Assembly: GCF_001194135.2 (NCBI RefSeq)
Contig: NC_068991.1
Span: forward strand, 13,630,884-13,694,883
From: Octopus bimaculoides
Lineage: Eukaryota
Direction: 5' to 3'
DNA: 64,000 nt
A program made the translations under genes and the position numbers. How positions within the stretch are numbered: position 1 is the first letter of the stretch; the number at the start of each line of letters is the position of its first letter. The notes under the pieces are model-generated. The model did not search any database and was not told the origin of the DNA. It worked only from the letters and a program-made list of their open reading frames with translations. Positions 48,851-62,560 of the stretch are shown here, piece after piece.

Positions 48851-50548
48851 GAATATTTTTTATTCTCTTCCTCAACTTTTAACATTTGTACGACTTTATC
48901 TTTCATACTACTAACCTGTTTACTACCTCATTGATATTCATTGGCACCTGTGTGTACGTGTTGTAACCTTCATAGTTATAGTTACTGTTGAACATGCCCC
49001 AACCTACTTGGACAGCTCTGATTTCCTATTGAGACAAGGAGAGAGGTTCAGAATTAAGATCAACTTGTGCTTTCTAGAATCTAAATTATATCATAACTTG
49101 TTCAGGTTTTTGGATATAACTATACCGGACAGACATTGTATGGCACTTAGACGGAGAACCACACTACATAAGGAACAGATCTGTTTCCCATAGTTCAGAC
49201 AGATTCCTTTGAGTGAACTCATAGAGAGATGCGCAGTTAATATCCAACCAGACTTCATAGTTTTTCCCATCTACCAGTGCAAAGAAACTGTGCAAAGTAC
49301 AGCAACGTTTCAATAAAGAGAATCTATTTATCGAAAAATACAGAACACGCCTAAATATGAACGCATAACCAGGTTTAGTCTCAGTGTATATTTTAATCCA
49401 TGATCACATACCCATCACTGTAAATATTTCATCTCATTAATTTAGCTTTTGAGTTTTTGTATATTTACTTATCCCCTCTCCCCAAAATTGAACAATTACC
49501 AAACCTGTTCCGAATAGTAACGATCACCAAAAACCCCCACCACCCACACACACTTTAGATTTTTCTATTTGTTAATTCATTCACAAACTTCCATACACAT
49601 AATGGTCTAAAATAATCTTAAGAAAATACGAAATTTCAATGTCATGATTCGCGAAAGCAAAACCGGTCGACAAACACAGTACTCCTTCACCTATAAAATA
49701 TATAAAAAAATATATTAAAATTATGTAAACTGTGTGCATTTTCCTTCTATTATATATATATATATNNNNNNNNNNNNNNNNNNNNNNNNNNNNNNNNNNN
49801 NNNNNNNNNNNNNNNNNNNNNNNNNNNNNNNNNNNNNNNNNNNNNNNNNNNNNNNNNNNNNNNNNNNNNNNNNNNNNNNNNNNNNNNNNNNNNNNNNNNN
49901 NNNNNNNNNNNNNNNNNNNNNNNNNNNNNNNNNNNNNNNNNNNNNNNNNNNNNNNNNNNNNNNNNNNNNNNNNNNNNNNNNNNNNNNNNNNNNNNNNNNN
50001 NNNNNNNNNNNNNNNNNNNNNNNNNNNNNNNNNNNNNNNNNNNNNNNNNNNNNNNNNNNNNNNNNNNNNNNNNNNNNNNNNNNNNNNNNNNNNNNNNNNN
50101 NNNNNNNNNNNNNNNNNNNNNNNNNNNNNNNNNNNNNNNNNNNNNNNNNNNNNNNNNNNNNNNNNNNNNNNNNNNNNNNNNNNNNNNNNNNNNNNNNNNN
50201 NNNNNNNNNNNNNNNNNNNNNNNNNNNNNNNNNNNNNNNNNNNNNNNNNNNNNNNNNNNNNNNNNNNNNNNNNNNNNNNNNNNNNNNNNNNNNNNNNNNN
50301 NNNNNNNNNNNNNNNNNNNNNNNNNNNNNNNNNNNNNNNNNNNNNNNNNNNNNNNNNNNNNNNNNNNNNNNNNNNNNNNNNNNNNNNNNNNNNNNNNNNN
50401 NNNNNNNNNNNNNNNNNNNNNNNNNNNNNNNNNNNNNNNNNNNNNNNNNNNNNNNNNNNNNNNNNNNNNNNNNNNNNNNNNNNNNNNNNNNNNNNNNNNN
50501 NNNNNNNNNNNNNNNNNNNNNNNNNNNNNNNNNNNNNNNNNNNNNNNN

Positions 50549-50625
<77 letters not shown>

Positions 50626-51441
50626 GCGTGTGTGTTTGTGTGAGTGTGTGTGTGTGTGTATGTGTGTTTATAAATAACTCCGAATGATCTGTCCGTGTTT
50701 GCTTTGTATCGTCTATCTGGATGTTTTGTCCCTTTCTTGTATCACCTAACTGTCTTGATGTTTTGCTTTCTTGTCCTATTGTGTATTATATATATATACA
50801 CATACATGCATTATGCATGAAAGGGCATTGTATAAATATTGACAGATAAATATTGGCTTCGATATCTCTGTAGCTACTTACTCCACTTGCACCTTTGAAA
50901 ATATATATTTACATTTATACATACATATCTCAGCCCACGCATCGCTATATTTACTGTCGCCGTCACGTTTCTTGTTTAGCTGAACTGTCGTATCATTTAC
51001 TTCAATCGAATTTGTACTCAAGATCCAAAATATGCAGAAATAAATTGTGTCAGCTTGTAATAATACTTCATTGTGTGAGCATCAGCAACTTGAAACTGGT
51101 AATTATGACGAAGGAAATAATTTAGGCCAATATACACACGTGCAAATATGTAAGTATAAGCATATANNNNNNNNNNNNNNNNNNNNNNNNNNNNNNNNNN
51201 NNNNNNNNNNNNNNNNNNNNNNNNNNNNNNNNNNNNNNNNNNNNNNNNNNNNNNNNNNNNNNNNNNNNNNNNNNNNNNNNNNNNNNNNNNNNNNNNNNNN
51301 NNNNNNNNNNNNNNNNNNNNNNNNNNNNNNNNNNNNNNNNNNNNNNNNNNNNNNNNNNNNNNNNNNNNNNNNNNNNNNNNNNNNNNNNNNNNNNNNNNNN
51401 NNNNNNNNNNNNNNNNNNNNNNNNNNNNNNNNNNNNNNNNN

Positions 51442-51549
<108 letters not shown>

Positions 51550-51853
51550 ACATAAACACTCACCCACACACATATATACATAAGCCCACACACACCCACC
51601 ACTTTTGGCTAATATACTTTTACTTTCCATATGCGCACTGAAGTATATATGCAGTATGTGTGTGAGCGTGTGTTTGTGTACGTATGTATGTATGTATGTA
51701 TGTATACAGATATATGTATACAATTTATACATATCTTATTGTTGTCGTTGCTATTTATAAGTTTTTGTTCGTGGGAACAAGTCATTTGCATGTAAAGGAA
51801 GAACGCCATACTTCAGAAAGTAGACTTACATATAAACATGAAGGAAAATGGTT

Positions 51854-52025
51854 CTCCGTTGCTTACGACGATGAGTACTCCTGTCGACCTGATCCACGAA
51901 GCAGCCTACTCGTGAAGTTAACGGTTGAATACTCCACAGATATTCGTACACTTTACGTATTTCTCAGGGAGATTGAGCATGACAGAACTTGCTGGCCTTG
52001 TGCCAAAATTTGAAATCACTATTAT
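51854..52025. mobile_element. Old C-type tail (minus) fused to an A-type 3' end (plus)
   Basis: ccgttgcttacgacg...ctcgtgaagttaac...cagggagattgagcatgaca then gctggccttgtgccaaaatttgaaa. Confidence 0.65.
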
Positions 52026-52580
52026 CGTTATTGTTGTTGTTGTTTTTGTTATTATTACTAATCTCGATTCTCATTCATTCTATTATTTCCAAAATACCGA
52101 GATGTCGTTCACTTGGTGCTGTGGTATTGATATAGAATATTCGCCAAATTATAAGACTGCCGAAAGACGTGGTATTTTTCTTCTTTTTGTGTGCCATTCA
52201 CTCAAAATAGAAACTAGCATCTAATGAATCATATGCAGTGCCAAGGATGCCAAAATGTCTGGCATTATCCTTCAGAGAAATAGAGATAATTTTGTAGTGC
52301 ACCAAGCAACGTAAGACATACGGATCAATTTGTGAATTTCACACACACACAGGTACCTCCACCCACACCCACCCACACAAACGCGCGTATCTGTGTGTGC
52401 CCGTGTGTGTATATATATATAACTTATATATATATATTTTATATTTATATATATATAACAAATATGTAATATATATTTTTTATCTATATATATTACATAT
52501 ATATATAGTATATTAGATATATATATATATATGTTTATAGATATACATAAGCATTCGTTATATATATGTCCACATCTGTG

Positions 52581-52619
<39 letters not shown>

Positions 52620-53277
52620 ATGCGTATATAAGTTCGTTCTTCGCACTTCCATTTTTTATTCATTTTTACTATTACCTTCGTTCCATTTCTGTCGTCGAAT
52701 ATCTATTTTAAATTATTTTTTCTCTTATTGTACTCTATCTATACTCTATTAGTGTGTCTGTGTTTGTGTGCATGTGTATGAGCGTGTATGTGTCTGTATA
52801 TGTGTGTGTGTATGTATACATACACGTATGCTTATAGTTATATAACCTACACACAAACATACTTACATATTTCATATGTGTGCATGTATATATGTGTGGA
52901 TGCGTGTAAGCTCATATTTCCGTGCACCTAAATGAGAATGACGTAATGTTGATGAATCTGTGAAAACCTTAATAGTAAGACACCCACCATGTTGTAATGA
53001 CTTCATTTTTATTGATTTCCATGGACATATCTCGTATTTTAATAAAGGTTCAATACATAGACAATTTGTCTCATCACCTCCCATGGCAACAACCCTCTTT
53101 CTTTATTAAGCTTTTCATCGTTATTTGTTCCACATTTATTTTTATATAGCTTCGTTTAAACGCAGAATATAGGAAAGTAATGCCAGTTTCTCTTCACAGG
53201 TTCTCGAAGAACCTGATGAGACAGAGAAAGAAAATTCCAATGATTTTTCTGACTTAATAGACCCTCTCTCTCTCGTC

Positions 53278-53519
53278 CTTTTAAAGCCTAGTCAGACTCA
53301 TGGGCCCGGTTTCCCGGTTTCAATGGCGTATGCGTTCCCCAGCTAGACGGGACGCCTGTCCATCGCAGCGTTACTCATCTTTGCTAGCTGAGTGGACTGG
53401 TGCAACGTGAAATGAAGTGTTTTGCTCAGGAACACAACGCGTCGCCCGGTCCAGGAATCGAAGCCACAATCTTACGATCATGATTCTGACATCCTAACCA
53501 CTAAGCCACGCGCCTCCAC
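53278..53519 (-). mobile_element. SINE family D, full length
   Basis: Head gtggaggcgcgtggcttagtggttagg...gcttcgattcc (A and B boxes); core ttgtgttcctgagcaaaacactt...gcgatggacaggcgtcccgtc; tail gaaaccgggaaaccggg. Confidence 0.9.
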
Positions 53520-53730
53520 TTATTAGACCTTACTACTGAAATAATCTGTCAATGCAAGTTCTTAGAACGACTAGAAAAGAAAATAGGGTTTTTGAGTATT
53601 CTGAGAACGTCTCCTATTATTTCATACCAGACCATTCTTGATATTATCACTTCGTAGCTTGAATCATACTTTAGAAATGCTTAGCGTAATGATGATTACC
53701 ATAAAGAAATGCTTGCAACAGAGTCAATTC

Positions 53731-53890
53731 TACTAAATCCACCTTTTATGCCTGGTGGTGGTGTAAATTGGGTGACGTATTTAAACTTACTGCCTACAAA
53801 ATCCCTAGTGGGATATGAACTTAGAACGTATGGCGCTGAAACGAATAATGCAGAATATTTTGTACGATGCTCTTACGTTTTCGTCAGTCC
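53731..53890 (-). mobile_element. SINE A-related, old
   Basis: gggatatgaacttagaacgta...aatattttgtacgatgctcttacgttttcgtcag. Confidence 0.45.
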
Positions 53891-53984
53891 ACATCCATTG
53901 ATAGGTATTGTTTTGGGTGTAACTCGGCGAATATGCCTCCTTTTATGGATTCTTTTTCTAATTCTGAGTAAATTCATTTACTTT

Positions 53985-54115
53985 GTAAACACGTTGATTG
54001 GGGTACAATCCCACTACGCGGAATACTCGGTAAGTGTCTTCTACTATACTCCCGGGACGACCAATACTTTGTGAATAAATTTGTACCAGGGAAACTGTTT
54101 TGAAGTCTATCGTAT
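53985..54115 (+). mobile_element. SINE B head, decayed, ending at (TA)n
   Basis: atcccactacgcgg...ggtaagtgtcttctactata...ttgtgaataaatttg. Confidence 0.7.
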
Positions 54116-54284
54116 ATATATATATATATATATATATATAAGATAACTTAATATGATTGCACAATGATTAAAAAATGAATATTCGATGTATATTCTCTGT
54201 TTATTAAACTATTAATTATATACTGTATATATATATATAATCGTATATTTCTATATATCAATTATATATATATACGATTTTGGA

Positions 54285-54615
54285 TCTTTTTCTTTTGGCC
54301 GGGACATAGAAAAAATAATTTTTTGTAACTAAACACTTTCAAATTTCGTATACTGGTAGAATGTGCCCTTTAAAACATCATTTACTCTTGGCGTTTTTAA
54401 GAAAATTCTTTATTTTCGAAGTAATTTCGTGTTAAAGTTGTCGTATTTCGGTAATTTCAACCAATCACTGACGTCTATTGAGGTGAAAACAATTACTGCT
54501 GTGGTTTGTCAACAAGACATTCTGGCAGTGTAAATTTACTTTGTCACTGTTATTTATGTTATCGTTCATGCGTTTGTACTGGTTTTAGCTTTCGGGTTTT
54601 AGGGTTAGGGTTATG
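54285..54615. repeat. Unclassified element-like segment ending in (TTAGGG)2
   Basis: ttagggttaggg at 54599-54610 after ccaatcactgacgtc; not matched elsewhere in the window. Confidence 0.25.
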
Positions 54616-55504
54616 CTTTAAAATGTATGTCTGCTTGCTCAAACAGAGCTGACCTGAGGCTAAACAATGAAAACAAATTGTAGGTTGACTGCTGTCAAAA
54701 TTCCTGTAAAAATTTCTAAAATATGATTCAAACTATGAGATAGCAATGATTTGGTGGGAAGTACCTAGAGGCGTCATTAGCACAGCCCTCTCAGATTTCA
54801 TTCATAAAACTTCTAAATACTTCACTAGTCATTCTAAGAAACGTAACATATATTTTACTAACAAAATCTCATAAGGCCGGAACGACTAGAATTTTCACCA
54901 CATTGTGTATGTGCAAAACCATTTCCCATTGCATTCTAATGATAATAAATTTTTCATTAATCTGAATTCCAGCAGTTACTTCCCCTACCTTTTCTTGATA
55001 ACTATTAGTTTACGAGTATTTTTATTGGCAATGAAAGTCATTTTAATTAATTAAAACTTGCTTCCTTTATTTCATCAAATACAGCCTAGTAACACTCAGG
55101 TAATTAACTGACAGCCATCTTCATTTTCTCTTTACTTTCAGAAGCACTCAGTCTCCACAAATGCTCGTGTGTGATTTGTAACCCGATTCCAAGTTACTAA
55201 AAGGCATTATTGTTGTGCTTTAAAATGTTCAGGTCTGAGAACTTCAAAAAAAAAAAAATCGGTTCTTCAAATATTGGCTCTTGATATTGTTTTCAATTAT
55301 TCTAACGTAAAATTGGCACAAATTGGCATTATTGACGCTAATCACAACATTCTTGTATTGAGATAATCAAAATCGCCTACAGAAATATTGGTAAATCTTT
55401 TAAGTGCTAAACTTCGTGTGAAATCGGTGTCTGCTACTACACTCACAGACACAGATGCATACGCACACACGCACACAACACAGACACGTTTTGTATATAA
55501 TATA

Positions 55505-55552
<48 letters not shown>

Positions 55553-55978
55553 TGTGTAAAGATATATATGTGTATCCACACATATATATGCATGTATACA
55601 CACACATATATATATATATATATATATGTATGAGTCCTTGTGTAAGCATAAAGCATATATATGTGTAAGCGAGTATACTTACACACACCCACGCACACAC
55701 ACACATACACATACACACATAAATATATATGTACGCATACACACAACAGTAACATACACACCAGTGACATACGCTTGCAATGACAAAAGATTTCTTCCAC
55801 ACAAAATTTATTTCGAAGCAGTTTTTACAATAACATTTCCATGCAAATTTAAAGTTTCGGTTACTGAACTCGCGTTGACACTAATCTTTCAAATGTACAT
55901 TTCACTCACCCACACAACATATTTCAAATTTTACTCTGTGTAAACTTGAATATTTTTAAAGTGATTTCTATCAGTCAT

Positions 55979-56370
55979 GTTGTTGCTGTTGGCACGCCGT
56001 CGCTTACGACGTCGAGGGTTCTAGTTGATCCGATCAACGGAACAACCTGCTCATGAAATTAACGTGTAAATGGATGAGCACTCCACAGACACGTGTACCC
56101 TTAACGTAAATCTCGGGGATATTCAGCGTGACACAGTGTGTGACAAGGCTGACCCTTTGAATTACAGGCACAACAGAAACAAGAAGTAAGAGTGAGAGAA
56201 AGTTGTGGTGAAAAAGTACAGCAGGGTTCGCCACCATCCCCTGCCGGAGCCACGTGGAGCTTTAGGTGTTTTCGCTCAATAAACACTCACGACGTCCGGT
56301 CTGGGAATCGAAACCGCGATCCTATGACCGCGAGTCCGCTGTCTTAACCACTGTGCCATTGCGCCTCCAC
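55979..56370 (-). mobile_element. SINE family C, full length
   Basis: Reverse complement of 62894-63276 over its whole length. Confidence 0.93.
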
Positions 56371-56640
56371 TGTAAATCATATAGTCCAAGAACAACCTTT
56401 ATGTGTCCTATATTTGCTACCTACATAGATTTAATAACACCGCACATTATTGCAAAGATATTTTCCCTACCAGTATATCTAAAATTCCTTTTTATTGTCA
56501 CAAGGAAACATTTAAATATACATCTATATAACGACAACGCTATTCAAGACTTTTAATAATGCTACAGTACCAAAAACGAGACTTATCGTCCAACATCTTC
56601 AGTTGCAATAAATTAATATATACTATATTCTTAATTCGCA

Positions 56641-56854
56641 AGGAGGTGAGCTGGCAGAAAAGTTAGCACGCGGGCGAAATGCTTCGCGGTATTTAGTCTG
56701 CTTTTACGTTCTGAGTTCAAATTCTGCCGAGGTCGACTTTGCCTTTCATTCCTTTCGGGGTTGATAAATAAAGTACCAGTTGCCTACTGGCATCGATCTA
56801 ATCGACTGACCCCCTCCCCTGAAAATTTCGGGCCTTATGCCTAGATTAGAAAAG
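56641..56854 (+). mobile_element. SINE A with 17-bp TSD
   Basis: tatattcttaattcgca (56624-56640) and tatattcttaaatcgca (56855-56871), 16/17 identical. Confidence 0.92.
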
Positions 56855-56934
56855 TATATTCTTAAATCGCATCAGGTTACTTATTCAAGTTGCAGTGACT
56901 TGGTCTCAACGACAATAGTGTAGTAATAATAATG

Positions 56935-57081
56935 TTTTCCACTATAGGCACAAGGCCTGAAATTTTAAGGCAGGGGACTATCCGATTACATCGCCCCAGT
57001 GTTTCGCTGGTACTTAATTTATCGACCCCGAAGGATGAAAGGCACAGTCAACTTCGGCAGAATTTGAACCCAGAACGTAAA
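56935..57081 (-). mobile_element. SINE A, 5'-truncated
   Basis: ggcacaaggcctgaaattt...ctggtacttaatttatcgaccccgaaggatgaaaggc...aatttgaacccagaacgtaaag. Confidence 0.9.
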
Positions 57082-57180
57082 GAATGAATGGGAAAGAAAA
57101 CCAGAAAGGATGAACAAGAGAGGGAGATAGATAGACAGAGAAGAGATAGAAGAGATAGAAGAGATAGGAGAAGAGTGCGC

Positions 57181-57327
57181 ATCGTAATTATTACGATAGA
57201 ACTTACTTGGAAAAGTAATATAAATAATATATAAGTATATGAATATATACATACATTTATATGTTTATATATTATTTATATTATTATATGATCGAACGCC
57301 ATGTATCCTTTTCCAAGTAAGTTTTAT

Positions 57328-57328
<1 letters not shown>
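57181..57328. repeat. 21-bp inverted repeat pair plus an adjacent perfect palindrome
   Basis: gatagaacttacttggaaaag (57195-57215) / cttttccaagtaagttttatc (57308-57328); atcgtaat-t-attacgat (57181-57197). Confidence 0.8.
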
Positions 57329-57374
<46 letters not shown>

Positions 57375-57465
57375 NNNNNNNNNNNNNNNNNNNNNNNNNN
57401 NNNNNNNNNNNNNNNNNNNNNNNNNNNNNNNNNNNNNNNNNNNNNNNNNNNNNNNNNNNNNNNNN

Positions 57466-57546
<81 letters not shown>

Positions 57547-58146
57547 AAGAGTAGGATATAATATCCAGGCAGATAACGAATTTCTCTACGTAAAGTGCCA
57601 ACGCTGGTTCCTTCAGATTTTGCGATTTATGGTGAATATCCTTTCTGACGTTACAGTTTATTCCACACTACTTAGAATGTAAAATGTAATATTGATAATA
57701 ACGAGAATGGAGAATTTGAACATTCAAAGTTTATGTTTATTTACACTTTGTTTATTCATAATAATGTGTGTGTCCATGTCTGTATGTGTGTATATGTGCG
57801 TGTGTATGTATGTATGTGATATATATGTCTGTACACATATGACGTAAGAATAAGAACATACGGATGATGACACACCAACATAGGATATTTGATAAGAAAG
57901 ATGTCCACGATATAAACGTTTACATGGGTATATAACACATTTTACTAGAGTATGAATAAATAAGAAAGTCAGAGATGAGGTATGTTAACAGACTGCCTGT
58001 ATGAAATGTGTAATATAAATACACATATACACACACTTAATATATACATGTATATGGATATATATGTATAGCAATCTATATATATGTGTGTGTGTGTGTG
58101 TTTCTGTGTATGTGTATGTATATGTATACATATATATCTATATCTA

Positions 58147-58197
<51 letters not shown>

Positions 58198-58602
58198 ATA
58201 TATCTATATATATATGCACACACAAGTGTACAATTGTGTACATTCAATTATGTACATTCATAGATGCACACGCATACAGGCGCACTTATGAAATTATAGA
58301 TAGCTAAAGTTATGTAACCATGTGCTTACATTGCTCTATATATTAATTTGAATATAGAAAATAAAATAACGATGAAAATCTAAAAACTATAAAATAAATG
58401 AATTGATAGACCTAAAACTAAGCATAAAATAAATTTAATGACATAAGCAAGGAACAAAGATATAATATAAGAATACAGATGTTTATACGTTTAAATATGT
58501 TTATATAGACATAAAAACTCTCTCACACACATCCGCATACAGAGACACAGACATAGACATGCACACAAACGGACACACACACACTCATATATATATATAC
58601 AT

Positions 58603-58644
<42 letters not shown>

Positions 58645-58785
58645 CCATGTTAAATGAATGGAACAAGTAAGAGAAANNNNNNNNNNNNNNNNNNNNNNNN
58701 NNNNNNNNNNNNNNNNNNNNNNNNNNNNNNNNNNNNNNNNNNNNNNNNNNNNNNNNNNNNNNNNNNCTCATATATATATATACAT

Positions 58786-58827
<42 letters not shown>

Positions 58828-61617
58828 CCATGTTAAATGAATGGAACAAGTAAGAGAAAAAAAAAGAAAAGAATATATGAATATATATATGTGTGTGTAT
58901 GTGGCAGAATTATATACAAAGCTATAATCTTTGTCAGTTCGTTCAAGGTTGCCCCTCTCAGGTACATCTGATCGACAAAAGTGAACAAACTCGAAACATC
59001 GATGTCTCAGATTCCCGAGAGAGGTCGACACTGAACGAATGGGGTGTTAGCACACCTTTTTACCATAAGAGAGAATTTTTCTCCACGGTAACTGCAGTGT
59101 TTTTGCCTTTAGCAGTTGGAATATGGGACAAACATATTTCAACTAACCTAAATTGTGATTATACGTAAACACTGCTTAGCGCATTTACTCCGATATATAA
59201 TATATATATATACGCTAAATTAATAATTATATATATAATTATATAATTATATTAAAGTATCAGGAAAAACCCTCCTCCAACATGCTAAAAGTAGACACCA
59301 AAGCTGCTAAAAAGCCACTGTATAACTCCTACAAAAATGTATGTGTATTTACACTTGGCTTGTTCATAATAATTGTTTGACGCTTGTTCCGATCGTATTA
59401 ATTGCATACTGTTGCATATCTATATGCAGTGATTTATGCATTATTAGCACGATCTCTTCAGGGTGTATAAATATGACATTGTTTCTAAGAGGAATTTTGC
59501 TCCGTTATTAACTTGAATTAGACTTGGTAATAATAGTAGTTGTAAACCATGACGTTCAGCGATGAACTGTTTGGGTAAAATTCAGCAACAGTGTTTGTTG
59601 AAGTATGCACATTTTCTTGGTCAGTTGGGGAGTGATTATTTATTGAAGATCTAGTATTAATATTTGTCATAGGAGTATTATTGACTTTATCTGGTGCATA
59701 AGCATAGATATTTGTATATGGACGTACGCAATTGCTTCGTATGGGTACGTATAAGTAACTGTGATTATGTCCTTTGAATATTGTGCTGAGGATGGAAAAT
59801 AAGCTCTTTTTATTGCTTTAATCCAGAAATTGGATCCTATACACAATTTACTGTCAAGTTTTATTTAACATTTTCATTTGCCCCGTTCACAACCCGTGTT
59901 TTGTAGGTGTTATACAATGGATTTTGGCTCCTTTCGCGTCTGCTTTCAACATGGAGAAGGTTCGTTTCTGATGCCTTTAATATAGTTACATCATTATATA
60001 TATATATCATTAATAATTTAGTATATAAATTACCTACAAGGTTTTATTTCATGCTGGCTTCTCGATATAATTATTAAGGTAATTTTATCCTGAATTCTAT
60101 TAAGAATAAATTATATATATGTATATATATATATATATATATATNNNNNNNNNNNNNNNNNNNNNNNNNNNNNNNNNNNNNNNNNNNNNNNNNNNNNNNN
60201 NNNNNNNNNNNNNNNNNNNNNNNNNNNNNNNNNNNNNNNNNNNNNNNNNNNNNNNNNNNNNNNNNNNNNNNNNNNNNNNNNNNNNNNNNNNNNNNNNNNN
60301 NNNNNNNNNNNNNNNNNNNNNNNNNNNNNNNNNNNNNNNNNNNNNNNNNNNNNNNNNNNNNNNNNNNNNNNNNNNNNNNNNNNNNNNNNNNNNNNNNNNN
60401 NNNNNNNNNNNNNNNNNNNNNNNNNNNNNNNNNNNNNNNNNNNNNNNNNNNNNNNNNNNNNNNNNNNNNNNNNNNNNNNNNNNNNNNNNNNNNNNNNNNN
60501 NNNNNNNNNNNNNNNNNNNNNNNNNNNNNNNNNNNNNNNNNNNNNNNNNNNNNNNNNNNNNNNNNNNNNNNNNNNNNNNNNNNNNNNNNNNNNNNNNNNN
60601 NNNNNNNNNNNNNNNNNNNNNNNNNNNNNNNNNNNNNNNNNNNNNNNNNNNNNNNNNNNNNNNNNNNNNNNNNNNNNNNNNNNNNNNNNNNNNNNNNNNN
60701 NNNNNNNNNNNNNNNNNNNNNNNNNNNNNNNNNNNNNNNNNNNNNNNNNNNNNNNNNNNNNNNNNNNNNNNNNNNNNNNNNNNNNNNNNNNNNNNNNNNN
60801 NNNNNNNNNNNNNNNNNNNNNNNNNNNNNNNNNNNNNNNNNNNNNNNNNNNNNNNNNNNNNNNNNNNNNNNNNNNNNNNNNNNNNNNGTAAACCTTATAA
60901 GACATTTTTGATTTTTCCTAAGTAGACTTCAGTCGAAAATCTTTTTTATGAGACGTAAAGGTAAGAAAGGGTTCATGCAGATGCCGTCAGGTATCAACAG
61001 ATTAATTGCTCCATAATATTTGGAATTTTTGAGCGTCTTCTTGTTGGGAGTCTATTATAACTTCATTTTCTTATTTAATTGGTTCTCAGCCGTCAACAGA
61101 ATCTCGAGTGTTTCGCGAATACCTAATTGGCAATTCTGTCTGTCACATTGACATAATTTAGCTGAAGTTTTGAAGTCTATGGCATTAGACTATAAATTTA
61201 ACATACATTCTGCTAAAGAGTAATAATGTTAAAATTTAGAGTAGAAAATTTGTGACAGCGCACATAAAATATCCCCTTTAAAAACATACTGTTGATCTTA
61301 GATAATATATTTTTCTATTTAAAGTGTTTCCTACACGTTGGTAAACAATGTTGATGCGAAAGCAATTATAGCCAAGGAACAAATATCCATAATTTTACAA
61401 TTACATCTATAAATAAAGCTATCCTCATGTTGCTTATGGTTCGCAAAAATTATCATGCATATCGTTATCTCGTACAGCGTTCATGCGACTGGAAGACATG
61501 TTTGCTACACCGTTTTTATTTTTGTTACCACTAAGGTTACTGTGAGTTAAATTATTATTCATACTCGGTGTTTAAACACTATAATTTAGTGGCTTAATAT
61601 TCATAAAATATATCTAC

Positions 61618-62560
61618 TCAATTTTTACAAGTCACATCAAAAATCTTCGCCCATTCGTGTCCATTGTAAGCCTCACTAGCCATTAAATTCAAGTTAGATA
61701 GTGTCCTATAACTAATTGTTGCATTGTCGCATTTGAGTTTAGTATTTTTTGATGCTCCTACGGTAGCATCTAGGTCTGAGATAGCGAAATAGGAAAGTTT
61801 CATAATATATCTCTTAAAGAAACGGTGATATTTTTGCGTGGAGGAAAGTTTAGTGGCATTTGTGCTGTATTGGAAGTTTTAAATAAGCGTTAGTTTCACA
61901 TAGTTTCAAATCTTACGTTGGGAAGATTATAACCCCTGTGATTTGTAATAATTGATCCATTCGTGTTCAAGAGTTCGATTCAGTAAAACATAGAACTCAA
62001 AAATAAAGTTGCTGCTTATACGTAATTTTTCATGATGTGTTTCTCAGTTATGAAGCCTGGAATGCATGCGTTCTGTTGGCTCATAATTAAGTGAGGTGGT
62101 TGTATTTTGAAGTCTCTTTTATGCAAACTAAAAGTGAATTTTCCGCTTCTTGTTTAATATACTGGCCGGTAGGATCCGTACATTAAACTCCTATGCTGCA
62201 CAAAAGTTACAATTACTGTCTTAGCTGTTGTATGGCTTCTCTTCGTGGAGTTGGTCACATGATTCTTTAATCGACGGGGCTTGAAATATCAAATGAATTC
62301 CGACAATGAGATGAAGTTACCTTTGCTTTTCAAACTTAAACGAAAAAGTGTATTACGTATATCAAGAATTGCACAAATTGTCGGTAAGCCTGAGAAAGGT
62401 ATTTCGTATCGCGCTATCAATAATTTCTACAGCGGTTGTGTACAAGCGCCGCTATCAAAAATTTCAGTGTTAAAGGCACAGTTTATTTCTACACGTAGCA
62501 TTTATTTTAGAGTGTAGTATTCCCTTTACATTGCTGTAGTCTTTGTGGATATATTTTTAT
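61618..62560 (-). mobile_element. Possible decayed non-LTR ORF2 C-terminal relic (clade uncertain)
   Basis: IIDSAIRNTFLRL...APSIKESCDQL and ISYRTL...HEWAKIF fragments are weakly LINE-like; many stops. Confidence 0.2.

Noticed and set aside
52872-53084. ORF with GGDETNC resembling an LDL-A module end
   Set aside because: The upstream cysteines and DxxDC pattern are absent and there is no splice acceptor
53185-53235. CTGATGA...GAAA near caggttct-cga-agaacctg
   Set aside because: No stem II; only a short palindrome
58584-58859. Identical 93-bp direct repeat on both sides of a gap (also 11875-11925)
   Set aside because: Exact duplication flanking N runs indicates an unmerged contig overlap
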